The notes under the pieces: model-generated
Seen by the model: only the letters and a program-made list of their open reading frames with translations
Told to the model about the DNA's origin: nothing
Databases searched by the model: none
Source: Spirochaetaceae bacterium
GTDB taxonomy: Bacteria; Spirochaetota; Spirochaetia; DSM-2461
Assembly (NCBI GenBank): GCA_050031985.1
Contig: JBNAIG010000018.1
Location: 28,781 to 92,780 of the forward strand
Length of the DNA stretch: 64,000 bases
Reading direction: 5' to 3'
Made by a program: the position numbers and the translations under genes
Shown here: in pieces, positions 37,730 through 46,441 of the stretch
Layout: every line of letters starts with the position of its first letter
How positions within the stretch are numbered: position 1 is the first letter of the stretch

Positions 37730-39205
37730 TTAAATCCCCAGTTTCTTCATACGGCTCTGTAGGGTCGTCGGCTTCATGTCCAACAGCTCGGCTGCCCCGT
37801 TTTTTCCGTAAATCTTTCCCTTCGTTCGTTCAAGAGCGGCTTTGATATGTCCCGCCATAGCCTCATCCAAGCTAGGGAAGGCTCCCTCCTTTTCCGGCGG
37901 GGCTAACTGTGGGAGGGACTTGTTCGGGTTTCCCCCCTCCAGGGAGAGATGCTTCCTTCCTATAGAACCGCCGCCGGCTATCAATGCCGCTCGACGGATC
38001 ACATTCTGCAACTCCCGTACATTACCCGGCCAATCGTGGTTTAAGAGGGACTGCACTCCGTCGGAGGAGAGATTGACTCCGGGATACTTTCCGCTTGTTC
38101 GTATTTGATCCAGGAAATGCTCCGCCAAAAGGATAATGTCCTCCCCCCGTTCGCGCAGGGGGGGCAGGCCAATGGGAAAGACCCCCAGGCGGTAGTAGAG
38201 GTCTTCCCTAAAGCTTCCTTTTTCTACAGCCTCTTTGAGGTTCACGTGGCTCGCTGCAATGACCCGTACATCGGTACGGAGGGTTTTCTCGCCGCCCACC
38301 CGTTCAAAGCTGCCCTCCTGAAGGGTGCGGAGAAGTTTGGGCTGCACCTCCGGAGGCAGGTCTCCAATCTCATCCAGAAAAAGTGTCCCCCCGTGGGCCA
38401 GTTCAAAGCGTCCTTTTCTCTGGGTTACCGCCGAAGTAAAGGCTCCCTTCTCATGACCGAAGAGTTCGCTTTCCGCCAGTCCCGCAGAAAGGGCGGAGCA
38501 ATTTAGGGCAATAAAAGGCCGGTCTCGACGGGTGCTGAGCCGGTGGATTAGCTGGGCGGCTTGTTCCTTTCCCGTTCCCGTTTCTCCCTGTATGAGGACG
38601 GGCAGGTCTGAGGCGGCCACTGTTCGAATTAGCTCCAGAACAATATTCCAGGCGGGGGATTCTCCAATCACGGAACGAAACTCCTCGGCTCGTTCCGTGA
38701 GCAGACGGTTTCTCTCCTCCAGGAGGCTTTTTTGCTGACTCAGAAGGTAACTCGAGGCATCGCTTTGGGAAAGGATGATTTCTATCATGCGGGAGATGGT
38801 GCCCACAAAACGGATGATTTGGGGGGAAAACATATGACACTGCCTGTGATCCAGAGTGAGAAGACCGATGGGAGCCCCTTCGCTGTGGAGAGGGGAAATA
38901 AGGCAGGAGTGGCCGTTGGGCATATCCAGAATCTCTTCGTAAGTGTCTTCGTGGTCGTCTTCTTCGGGGAAAAGGTAGGGTTCGGGGTAGTTGAGTTTTT
39001 CCGCCATATCCCGGCGAAGGCCCAGGTTTATGGAATAATCCTTCATCTTTTCATTTTTTAGGGGGCCCATGGCTTTTTGTACGGTAAGGGTGGAGTTGTC
39101 CGTTTTTTTGAGGATAACCGCCAGTTCGTAGTCGACGATGTCATTCAGGGCCGTCAAAATCAGTTCAAGAACACTGTCAATGTTGATGGGGACGGGAGTA
39201 TTCAT
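37730..39205 (-). CDS. Sigma-54-dependent transcriptional activator (GAF sensor, AAA+ sigma-54 interaction domain, Fis-type HTH)
   Basis: [15 protein letters not shown] (Walker A), GAFTSA (GAFTGA-like motif), [10 protein letters not shown], and a C-terminal HTH. The N-terminal about 170 aa are GAF-like. Confidence 0.85.
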   Translation of the reverse strand: MNTPVPINIDSVLELILTALNDIVDYELAVILKKTDNSTLTVQKAMGPLKNEKMKDYSINLGLRRDMAEKLNYPEPYLFPEEDDHEDTYEEILDMPNGHSCLISPLHSEGAPIGLLTLDHRQCHMFSPQIIRFVGTISRMIEIILSQSDASSYLLSQQKSLLEERNRLLTERAEEFRSVIGESPAWNIVLELIRTVAASDLPVLIQGETGTGKEQAAQLIHRLSTRRDRPFIALNCSALSAGLAESELFGHEKGAFTSAVTQRKGRFELAHGGTLFLDEIGDLPPEVQPKLLRTLQEGSFERVGGEKTLRTDVRVIAASHVNLKEAVEKGSFREDLYYRLGVFPIGLPPLRERGEDIILLAEHFLDQIRTSGKYPGVNLSSDGVQSLLNHDWPGNVRELQNVIRRAALIAGGGSIGRKHLSLEGGNPNKSLPQLAPPEKEGAFPSLDEAMAGHIKAALERTKGKIYGKNGAAELLDMKPTTLQSRMKKLGI

Positions 39206-39227
39206 AGGGTGCCTCCATAGAGTGCTA

Positions 39228-39258
39228 ACGATATACCGTTATATGACGATATATCGTT
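39228..39258. promoter_or_regulatory. Inverted repeat AACGATATA-N13-TATATCGTT, candidate activator (UAS) site
   Basis: Perfect 9-bp arms, about 110-140 bp upstream of the sigma-54 -24 element and 23 nt upstream of the activator gene start. Confidence 0.5.
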
Positions 39259-39312
39259 GATAATCTACCGGTATTTCGGTTACTGGTCAAGGGGAAGAAG
39301 ATGGGCGATATA

Positions 39313-39358
39313 TTGAAAACTATATAACTCCATGTATAGAAGAGATATATAGTTTTCA
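39313..39358. promoter_or_regulatory. Inverted repeat TGAAAACTATATA-N20-TATATAGTTTTCA next to the sigma-54 promoter
   Basis: Perfect 13-bp arms ending 10 nt upstream of TGGCAC. Possible repressor, IHF or second activator site. Confidence 0.45.
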
Positions 39359-39367
39359 GTATAAAAC

Positions 39368-39383
39368 TGGCACACCCTTTGCA
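39368..39383 (+). promoter_or_regulatory. Sigma-54 (-24/-12) promoter upstream of the peroxiredoxin gene
   Basis: TGGCAC-ACCCT-TTGCA is an exact match to the TGGCAC-N5-TTGCW consensus. It lies 38 nt upstream of ATG 39421, divergent from the sigma-54 activator gene. Confidence 0.8.
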
Positions 39384-39420
39384 ATATAGAAAGCATAAAA
39401 CAGTAAAGGAGATTTTTACA

Positions 39421-40068
39421 ATGGAAGATAACAAGATTAACATGCCCCTCTTGGGAGATGATTTCCCCGAAATGACCGTTAACACCACCCACGGTGTCAT
39501 GAATATACCGGGAGACCTTAAAGGCAGCTGGTTCGTGCTGTTTAGTCATCCCGCTGACTTTACCCCCGTTTGTACCACCGAGTTCGTAGGCTTCCAGAAT
39601 AAGGTTGCCGAGTTTGACGAAATGGGTGTTAAGCTAATCGGTATGTCCGTAGATCAGGTCTTCAGCCACATTAAATGGGCCGAATGGATCAAGCAAAAAC
39701 TGAATGTGGAAATCACCTATCCTATCGTGGCCGCCAACGATTCGGTAGCCAATAAGCTGGGAATGCTTCATCCGGGCAAGGGAACCAATACGGTTCGTGC
39801 TGTTTTTGTTGTCGACCCCCAGGGAAAGGTAAGACTGGTTCTTTACTATCCCCAGGAAATCGGCCGAAACATGGACGAAGTTGTTCGTGCTGTTAAGGCT
39901 ATGCAGGTATCCGACGCCAATGGTGTGGCCATGCCCGCCAACTGGCCCGAAAATGACCTGATTGGTAATAGAGTCATCATTCCCCCCGCATCCACAATGG
40001 AAGACGCGGCTAAGAGGCTTGATGAGTACGAAGGTTACGATTGGTGGTTCTGCCATAAAGAACTTTAA
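39421..40068 (+). CDS. Peroxiredoxin (1-Cys Prx/Prx6-like)
   Basis: [18 protein letters not shown] peroxidatic Cys motif. Start chosen at ATG 39421 with AAGGAG upstream (the track ORF begins at 39379, inside the promoter). Preceded by a sigma-54 promoter. Confidence 0.85.
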   Translation: MEDNKINMPLLGDDFPEMTVNTTHGVMNIPGDLKGSWFVLFSHPADFTPVCTTEFVGFQNKVAEFDEMGVKLIGMSVDQVFSHIKWAEWIKQKLNVEITYPIVAANDSVANKLGMLHPGKGTNTVRAVFVVDPQGKVRLVLYYPQEIGRNMDEVVRAVKAMQVSDANGVAMPANWPENDLIGNRVIIPPASTMEDAAKRLDEYEGYDWWFCHKEL

Positions 40069-40080
40069 TATATAAGCTAT

Positions 40081-40122
40081 CGGCCCAGTCTGCTTTACTA
40101 GAGACTGGGCCGGTGTTATATT
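40081..40122 (+). terminator. Hairpin terminator/attenuator between the peroxiredoxin gene and pepT
   Basis: Perfect 11-bp stem CGGCCCAGTCT...AGACTGGGCCG with a 10-nt loop, followed by the U-rich GUGUUAUAUUG. Confidence 0.6.
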
Positions 40123-40129
40123 GAAAACC

Positions 40130-41371
40130 ATGGAACTACATAACCACATCCTAGACCGATTCATCCGTTACGCCGCTATCAGCACCCAGTCTGACCGGGA
40201 GCTGGCCGAAACCCAAAAGCCTTCCACCGATTCCCAATGGGATCTTCTTCGTCTTCTTAAAGAGGAAATGACCGAAATGGGGCTTTCCCGTATTGAATTG
40301 ACCGATCAAGGTTTCCTTTTTGGACGGCTCGATCCTTCCGAAGGTTGTGAAAAGTCTCCGTCTGTTGGTTTCATGGCCCATGTGGATACAGCCTCCGATG
40401 CCCCCGGAACGGGCGTTGTTCCCCGCATACACGAAAATTACGACGGCAGCGACATCGTTCTAAAAGGTGATACTGTCATCTCCCCTTCCGAATATCCCGC
40501 CCTTCTCTCTTATAAGGGCGATACTATTATTACTTCCTCGGGAGACACTCTCCTGGGAGCGGATGATAAGGCGGGTATCGCAGAAATCCTTACTATGGCC
40601 GACTATTACCTCAAGAATCCCCGGGTAAAACACGGCCCCCTGGAATTTATCTTTACCCCCGACGAAGAAACGGGCTGCGGTATGGATGGTTTTCCTTTGG
40701 ATAAACTGGAATCCTCCCTTTGTTACACCGTAGACGGAGGGGAAGAGGGAGAAGTTGAAGAGGAGTGTTACTACGCCTACTCGGCCGAGGTTCACTGTAC
40801 CGGTGCCGCTATTCATCCCGGTTACGGAAGGGGAAAACTGGTAAATGCCGCAGCCATGGCCGCTTTCTTTGGTTCTCTCTTACCCCGGAGCGAAAGCCCT
40901 GAAGCCACCGATGGGCGCTACGGTAATTACTGGATTCACGCCCTTTCGGGAGAGACCGAATCGGCCCGCCTCCAAATCATGATTCGCGACTTTGACCGGG
41001 AAGGTATGGACCGTCGCCTGGCTGCTTTGGATGCCTTTGCTAGAGCGACGGAAGCGGCTTTTCCCGGCGGGAAAGTAGGGGTGGATAAGAAAAAACAGTA
41101 TGAAAATATGGGAGAAGGTATCGCAAAGGAACCTCGCCTCATGTCTTACCTCATGGACTCTTTAAAAGAAGAAGATGTCCTTCCCATACATAAACCTATT
41201 CGAGGAGGAACTGACGGCTCCCGTTTGACCGAGATGGGAATCCCCACTCCCAATATTTACGGGGGCGGCCATAATTTTCACAGCCGAAAAGAGTGGATTC
41301 CCCTTTCCGCCATGGAGAGTTGCTGTCGGGTTCTTATTCGCCTGGCCCGTAAATGGGGAGAACCGGCCTAG
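40130..41371 (+). CDS. pepT: Peptidase T (tripeptide aminopeptidase, M20B)
   Basis: MELHNHILDRFIRYAAISTQSD N-terminus typical of PepT. Metal-ligand motifs HVDT, GADDKAG, DEETG. The track ORF begins at TTG 40121. Confidence 0.85.
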   Translation: MELHNHILDRFIRYAAISTQSDRELAETQKPSTDSQWDLLRLLKEEMTEMGLSRIELTDQGFLFGRLDPSEGCEKSPSVGFMAHVDTASDAPGTGVVPRIHENYDGSDIVLKGDTVISPSEYPALLSYKGDTIITSSGDTLLGADDKAGIAEILTMADYYLKNPRVKHGPLEFIFTPDEETGCGMDGFPLDKLESSLCYTVDGGEEGEVEEECYYAYSAEVHCTGAAIHPGYGRGKLVNAAAMAAFFGSLLPRSESPEATDGRYGNYWIHALSGETESARLQIMIRDFDREGMDRRLAALDAFARATEAAFPGGKVGVDKKKQYENMGEGIAKEPRLMSYLMDSLKEEDVLPIHKPIRGGTDGSRLTEMGIPTPNIYGGGHNFHSRKEWIPLSAMESCCRVLIRLARKWGEPA

Positions 41372-41373
41372 TC

Positions 41374-42795
41374 TTATTTCTTCTTTATGACTTCCGAGGC
41401 CTCGGGGTAGTATTTTTCGAGGCAGTCCGGGCAGAGGCTATGGCTAAATACGGCGTCCGTATTATCACTTAGGTACTGTTCCACTTTATCCCAGTATCCT
41501 TTGTCATTACGGATGCTTTTGCAGTGGGAACAGATGGGGATGATGCCCTTGAGGGTGTGGATTTGATTCAGGGCATCTTGAAGTTCCCTGTTCTGTTTCT
41601 CAATCAGGCTGATCTTTTCCCTCAGAGCCAGAGTTTTCTCATTAACTTTTAGTTCCAGTTTTCTATTTGTATCGGCTAGAATGCGTCTGGCCCTTTTTTG
41701 TCTATGGTAACGTAAATGGAGTATGAAGAGGGATAGGACAATAAAGATACCTCCCGTAAGGAAAAGGACGGGGTGGTTTTCTATTACTCCGGGAGGTTCA
41801 TTAAAAATTATCGCCCCAGGGGGAAGATCTTGCTGTGTAAGTCCGAATCTCTCCAGTTCATTGTAGTCAAAAAGGAGTTCCCGGGGACATTCGTTAATAA
41901 CCGGAAGGGACGCGACCTGTTCTCCTTCCAGTATTCTCCGAGCCAACATTCCCGCCGTCCGTCCCTGAGTACGGCCGGTAGTCAGAACACCTCCTACTAT
42001 TCCGTTTCCAAAATAGAAATCCCACGAACCGTAAATAGGGACTTCCGAGTTTTGTCTAATCATCCCTATTCCGTCCAGATAGGAAATAAAATCACCCTCC
42101 CTGTCCCTGTTAAAGGTCAATAGGTAAATAAGATCCTCTTTGCCCAGGCCGGAGAGGAAGCGGGGGACCTCATTCAGCTTAAAATCCTGGTAAAATTGGA
42201 AGGTGAAGCGGTCCGAATAGCTATTGAGAAGAGGGAGTAATTCGGCTTTGATGCGGTTTCCCGTATAGCTTTTGTCCAGGATGATTATAACCCGGTTTCT
42301 CTTCGGGTGAAGTTGAGCCATCAGATCCAGATTTGCTTGATAATCAATATACTCCACCACGCCGGTGTAGTTTTCCTTTCCCTTCAAGAGCTCCGGAGAG
42401 TAGTTGTTTATGCCGCAGAAAACCACCGGGATATTCGGATAAAGGGAATCTCCGTACTCCGTAAGAAAGCGGAGGGCGTTGTTGTCTGAGCAGATAATCA
42501 GGTCATAGTGGATATTGGTTAATTGTTTTTTACTCGCTTCAAAGAGGAGAAGTCTTTCAAAGTATTCTTCCCCGGAATTTCGCTTTGTATCGAGGTATTC
42601 AAAGTGGATTTCTACGGAATCGCTTTTTAGGGATTCCTTTATTCCCTGGCTAATACTGTCGGTCCAGTATAATCCCTGATGGTAGGAGTGAATGACCAGA
42701 ACGTTCTTTATTTTATTGGTTCCGTCCACACTTTGGCCGTAGCCCATAAGAGAGGTAAGTAGCAGAAGGATAAAGATAAATAAGTAACGCTTCAT
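41374..42795 (-). CDS. Putative sensor: periplasmic ABC-substrate-binding-like domain, one TM, a coiled coil, then a C-terminal 4-Cys (CxxC...CPxC) module
   Basis: Signal peptide MKRYLFIFILLLLTSLMG. About 330-aa periplasmic domain resembling ABC-type substrate-binding sensor domains. TM FLTGGIFIVLSLFILHL. Coiled coil, then IIPICSHCKSIRNDKGYWDKVEQYLSDNTDAVFSHSLCPDCLEKYYP. Confidence 0.5.
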   Translation of the reverse strand: MKRYLFIFILLLLTSLMGYGQSVDGTNKIKNVLVIHSYHQGLYWTDSISQGIKESLKSDSVEIHFEYLDTKRNSGEEYFERLLLFEASKKQLTNIHYDLIICSDNNALRFLTEYGDSLYPNIPVVFCGINNYSPELLKGKENYTGVVEYIDYQANLDLMAQLHPKRNRVIIILDKSYTGNRIKAELLPLLNSYSDRFTFQFYQDFKLNEVPRFLSGLGKEDLIYLLTFNRDREGDFISYLDGIGMIRQNSEVPIYGSWDFYFGNGIVGGVLTTGRTQGRTAGMLARRILEGEQVASLPVINECPRELLFDYNELERFGLTQQDLPPGAIIFNEPPGVIENHPVLFLTGGIFIVLSLFILHLRYHRQKRARRILADTNRKLELKVNEKTLALREKISLIEKQNRELQDALNQIHTLKGIIPICSHCKSIRNDKGYWDKVEQYLSDNTDAVFSHSLCPDCLEKYYPEASEVIKKK

Positions 42796-42837
42796 AGGGT
42801 AATATTAGGCTTCCTTGAGGATTGGGTCAAACGGAAA

Positions 42838-43650
42838 TTAGCAGCTGAGAAGCATTTTCCGGATGGTATCGTGGGGAGACATGGCTTTACGGCCCCTTTC
42901 TTCCAGCTGCTGCCGTAATAATCGGACTAGTTGGGCATTGGTAAAAACTTCAGGACCACCCAGAAGGGGAGAGTGTTCAAAGCCCACCCGGAGAAAATCG
43001 GCCCCCAATTCGGCAGCGCTTAGATAGGAGGTGAAATCGCGGGCTCCCGCAAAGAGAGCTCCCCAGTTACTTTCTTGGGGCAGTTGGCTCACCAGGTAAG
43101 AAAGGAGTTCCCGGGAGAAAACCATGCCCCAGGGGATGTTGAATTTAAAGGTAAAGTTGAAGGGGGGAATCAGGTGGCCCTCATCTATTAAGTAACGGGC
43201 GAAGGCCAGATGGCCCGTATCATAAATTTCCAGCGTGGGTTTTACTCCGTACTGTTCCATTCTATCCAGGTAGAGGAGAATCTGCTCCGTTGTCTGGGTG
43301 TAAACACCTTCTCGCCCGTTAAAGGAGCCCATGCTCAGGGAGGAAAAAACTGTTCCTTCCAGGGTGGCCGGCAATATTCTTTCTTCCGGAGCAAGGCCCG
43401 GCGCCCTATTGGTGCCTGCTTCGATAATCAGATCCGTTCTATCGTAGATTCCCCGGAATGTTTCCTCAAGTCCGCCCATCTTTCGGGGTGACATATCCCG
43501 GCTTTCTCCGGGATGGAGATGGATGATGGAGGCCCCTTCTTCGGTACAGTGTACCGCTTCCTCTATAATTTTTTCGGGGGCGAATCGGGGATTTTTCTCT
43601 TCTCCTTTCCAGGGAACAGAGGGCGCGACGGAAAGTATAATGTCATCCAT
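42838..43650 (-). CDS. BKACE family (3-keto-5-aminohexanoate cleavage enzyme-like, DUF849) protein
   Basis: TIM-barrel family motifs: IILSVAP...TEEGASIIHLHPGES...LIIEAGTN...TLEIYDTGHL. Confidence 0.7.
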   Translation of the reverse strand: MDDIILSVAPSVPWKGEEKNPRFAPEKIIEEAVHCTEEGASIIHLHPGESRDMSPRKMGGLEETFRGIYDRTDLIIEAGTNRAPGLAPEERILPATLEGTVFSSLSMGSFNGREGVYTQTTEQILLYLDRMEQYGVKPTLEIYDTGHLAFARYLIDEGHLIPPFNFTFKFNIPWGMVFSRELLSYLVSQLPQESNWGALFAGARDFTSYLSAAELGADFLRVGFEHSPLLGGPEVFTNAQLVRLLRQQLEERGRKAMSPHDTIRKMLLSC

Positions 43651-43702
43651 GTCATAGAATATAGCGCAGGAAAAAAGGAAAAACTGATCGGCCCGTTCTT
43701 TT

Positions 43703-44455
43703 TTACCAGAGCCTCATGAGTCGTTTCCACTCTTCGCTTCCCCTAAGGGAGTAGAAGGCTTCGTCCTTCTCCATAACCGTTTTTTTTACCGCACCCCAGC
43801 GCCTTTTGGCTATGAGCATGAGGATGGTCATCGATTCATCGGGGTAACCCATGGCCGCCAAAAGAGAGGCGTAAGGGAAGGCTCCCGTTCGGGGAGAGAG
43901 AGCGTAGGCCCGGGAAAAGTATCGGAAAACCCGTTCTATTTTCTCTTCGCTTATCCACCAGGCGTAGCCCAAGTCAATATATGCCAGGGCCATGGCGCTT
44001 TTATTGCGGAGTTTCTCCTCCTTGCCCTTCTCCTTGTAAAGAGTTTCCAGGGCATGAATGAAGAGGCCGATGTGTTTAAGCCGACTTTTGGACAGGGCCT
44101 TGTCCAGCTCGTCCAGGGCGTCGTTGCTGCCCATGGTCCGGGCAATGGTAAAGACCGATTCCCCGTCATCGTCTCTGATGTGGAGCATGGCATGGTTTCT
44201 AAGGAGTCGGGGGATTACCCGGTGGCTGTCATAGTAGACGGCATGCATCAGGGGGGTCCAGCTCTCATGGTCCCGTTTGTTTACGAGAGCTCCCCGTTCC
44301 AGGGCAGTTTTAACCAGAAGATCCGAATCGGTACGGCAGCCCAGAAGCATAAGAGACTGGGGGGACATCTCCTTTTCCCGGACCGAGAGCTCTTCCTCCT
44401 CGGAAAGGGTACGGGTGAGTTGGGGATTTTTTAACAAACTTTCCACTGCCGTCAT
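43703..44455 (-). CDS. Ankyrin-repeat-containing protein
   Basis: ANK repeats (LVNKRDHESWTPLMHAVYYDSHRVIPRLLRNHAMLHIRDDDGES) followed by an unrelated C-terminal helical domain. Confidence 0.55.
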   Translation of the reverse strand: MTAVESLLKNPQLTRTLSEEEELSVREKEMSPQSLMLLGCRTDSDLLVKTALERGALVNKRDHESWTPLMHAVYYDSHRVIPRLLRNHAMLHIRDDDGESVFTIARTMGSNDALDELDKALSKSRLKHIGLFIHALETLYKEKGKEEKLRNKSAMALAYIDLGYAWWISEEKIERVFRYFSRAYALSPRTGAFPYASLLAAMGYPDESMTILMLIAKRRWGAVKKTVMEKDEAFYSLRGSEEWKRLMRLW

Positions 44456-44562
44456 AGGGAGAAACTATAGCAGAAATCGCCGGGGCCGTAAAGAAAGGCT
44501 TAGGCTTAGCTGTGAAATTTCCCGGGCTTGAATTGCTTGCAGGGAACAGGCTAGGATAAGCT

Positions 44563-45411
44563 ATGCCCTCAATCTCCCTCATCATCCCCGTTTACAACCG
44601 TCCTTTACTTCTTCTTGAGGCCTTGAAATCAGTCTTGTCCCAAACCCGTCTGCCAGAAGAGATCATAGTCGTTGATGACGGTTCCGGCGATGAAACTGTT
44701 GGAGCTGCCCGGGATTTTCTGGAGAAAGCAGAGGCTGATTTGAACTGGAAGCTTTTTGAGCTTGATCACTGCGGGATGGCCGGGGCTGTACGGAATTACG
44801 GGGTGGCCGCGTCCAGGGGAGAGTGGATTGCTTTTCTCGATTCGGACGATTTGTGGGAGCCGGAGAAGCTGGCCCGTCAGGAGGCGTATATTCTGGACCA
44901 CCCCCGGATCCGTTTGATTCATACCCGGGAGAAATGGCTTCGCGGCGAAAAAACGGTGAGTCAGAAAAAACAGAAGCACCGGCGGGAGGGGGACATTTTC
45001 CCCGATGCTCTGAATAAGTGCATCATCGGACCGTCCACAGTGATGGTTCGGCGGGATCTATGGGACGAGACAGGCGGGTTCCGGGAGGATCTGGAGATTG
45101 CCGAGGATTATGAACTTTGGTTACGTATGACTGCCTTAGAGCCTGTGGGCTACCTGGATACACCGCTCATAACAAAGCGGGCCGGCGGCTGGGATCAGCT
45201 ATCGGAAAAATACGGGCAGATTGAGAAGTTTCGTTTGGAAGGGCTGGCGGGCCTGGTGGAATCGAAGTGGTTCGGGGATAAAAAAATAGCCCCGGCCCGA
45301 ATTGAACTGGCCGAGGCTGAGTTCCGCCGCAAATGCCTCATCTACGCCCTGGGCTGTGAAAAGCGGGGGCGCCTGGAAGAAGGGGCATTCTGGCGGAAAC
45401 GGGGAGAGTAG
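44563..45411 (+). CDS. Glycosyltransferase family 2
   Basis: ISLIIPVYNRPLLLLEALKSVLSQT...EIIVVDDGSGD...FLDSDD (DxD) motifs. Confidence 0.8.
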   Translation: MPSISLIIPVYNRPLLLLEALKSVLSQTRLPEEIIVVDDGSGDETVGAARDFLEKAEADLNWKLFELDHCGMAGAVRNYGVAASRGEWIAFLDSDDLWEPEKLARQEAYILDHPRIRLIHTREKWLRGEKTVSQKKQKHRREGDIFPDALNKCIIGPSTVMVRRDLWDETGGFREDLEIAEDYELWLRMTALEPVGYLDTPLITKRAGGWDQLSEKYGQIEKFRLEGLAGLVESKWFGDKKIAPARIELAEAEFRRKCLIYALGCEKRGRLEEGAFWRKRGE

Positions 45412-45427
45412 TTCTCCTGTCTTTCGT

Positions 45428-46441
45428 TTATTCCTTGTCGTAAAGGTAATCGAAATAGTCCATGTCGGTGGTCAAGGTTTTCTTTAAACCGGGCATGGTG
45501 TTTTTATAGGACTCCATGGCTTTCCAGAAGTTGTAGAAGTCCTCGTCCTGGCCGTAGGCTTCGGCGTAGATGGCGGCCGCCTTGGCGTCGGCTTCACCTT
45601 TTATAGCTTCAGATTTATCGTAAGCCTCGGATAGGATAGTGTCTTTTTTCTTGCTTAAGAGTCCAAGCCACTCTTCCTTTTGTCCTTCCCCGGCTGATCT
45701 ATTAAACTGGGCCTTTTGTGCCCTCTCCTGAATCATCCGTTCATAAACGGAAGGGGTGAGTTCATCGGAATATTTGATCTGTCTTATTACAATATCAATG
45801 AGTTCGATACCGTACTTTGGTGTATTCCCTTTTGCTAGGGAAAGCATATCTTCAGAGAGTTTTAGTCTACCCTGAGTTATTTCTTTGACTTCATCTTCTC
45901 CGGCAGCAGCCTGAGCTAATGTGGGCGAGGAATCAGCTCCCTCAGCTTGTCTCTGAGCTTCTGCTTCCGCTTCTGCTTCTGCCTCAGCTTTGGCTTTAAG
46001 TTGTTGAGATTCAATAATCTGGTTAGTGTTTCTTACGGACTCTTCAAGAGGATACTGGGCAATAACCGTCTTTACCGCAGACTCAATGATGTCGTCCAGT
46101 TTGGCGTGAGCCTGGTTTTCCGTCTTAACCGCTTCGTAAAAAAGTGTCGGATTCGTAATGCGCCACCGGGCTGTGGTGTCTACCCAGATATATTGCTGGT
46201 CGCTGTTGGGTATTTTTTTGGCATCCCCGTCCCAGGAGAGAGTCTTTTTGGGATAGTATTGGACATTGTCAATACCGGGCATTTTAATCTTAAAGCCTGC
46301 TTCCGTTTCGGTTCGAATCAGTTTCCCGAATCGGATAACCACGGCTTGTTGCCCTTCCTGCACGATAAAGAAGGGCCGGAGAATCATAACGAGTACGAAA
46401 ATTACCGCAATTATCACGGCGGTTCTCACTAATTTGTTCAT
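45428..46441 (-). CDS. hflC: FtsH protease modulator HflC (SPFH family) with internal (EA)n repeat
   Basis: N-terminal TM, SPFH domain (QQAVVIRFGKLIRT...), a KAKAEAEAEAEAEAQ repeat, and a conserved C-terminus. Immediately follows hflK. Confidence 0.8.
   Translation of the reverse strand: MNKLVRTAVIIAVIFVLVMILRPFFIVQEGQQAVVIRFGKLIRTETEAGFKIKMPGIDNVQYYPKKTLSWDGDAKKIPNSDQQYIWVDTTARWRITNPTLFYEAVKTENQAHAKLDDIIESAVKTVIAQYPLEESVRNTNQIIESQQLKAKAEAEAEAEAEAQRQAEGADSSPTLAQAAAGEDEVKEITQGRLKLSEDMLSLAKGNTPKYGIELIDIVIRQIKYSDELTPSVYERMIQERAQKAQFNRSAGEGQKEEWLGLLSKKKDTILSEAYDKSEAIKGEADAKAAAIYAEAYGQDEDFYNFWKAMESYKNTMPGLKKTLTTDMDYFDYLYDKE
45957..45990. repeat. GCTTCT-type hexanucleotide microsatellite inside hflC, encoding (EA)n
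   Basis: gcttctgcttccgcttctgcttctgcctcagctt encodes AEAEAEAEAEA on the coding strand. Confidence 0.6.

Noticed and set aside
39634-40164. 176-aa ORF on the minus strand
   Set aside because: It lies entirely antisense to the well-supported peroxiredoxin gene and the prx-pepT terminator and has no motif. It is an antisense artefact.
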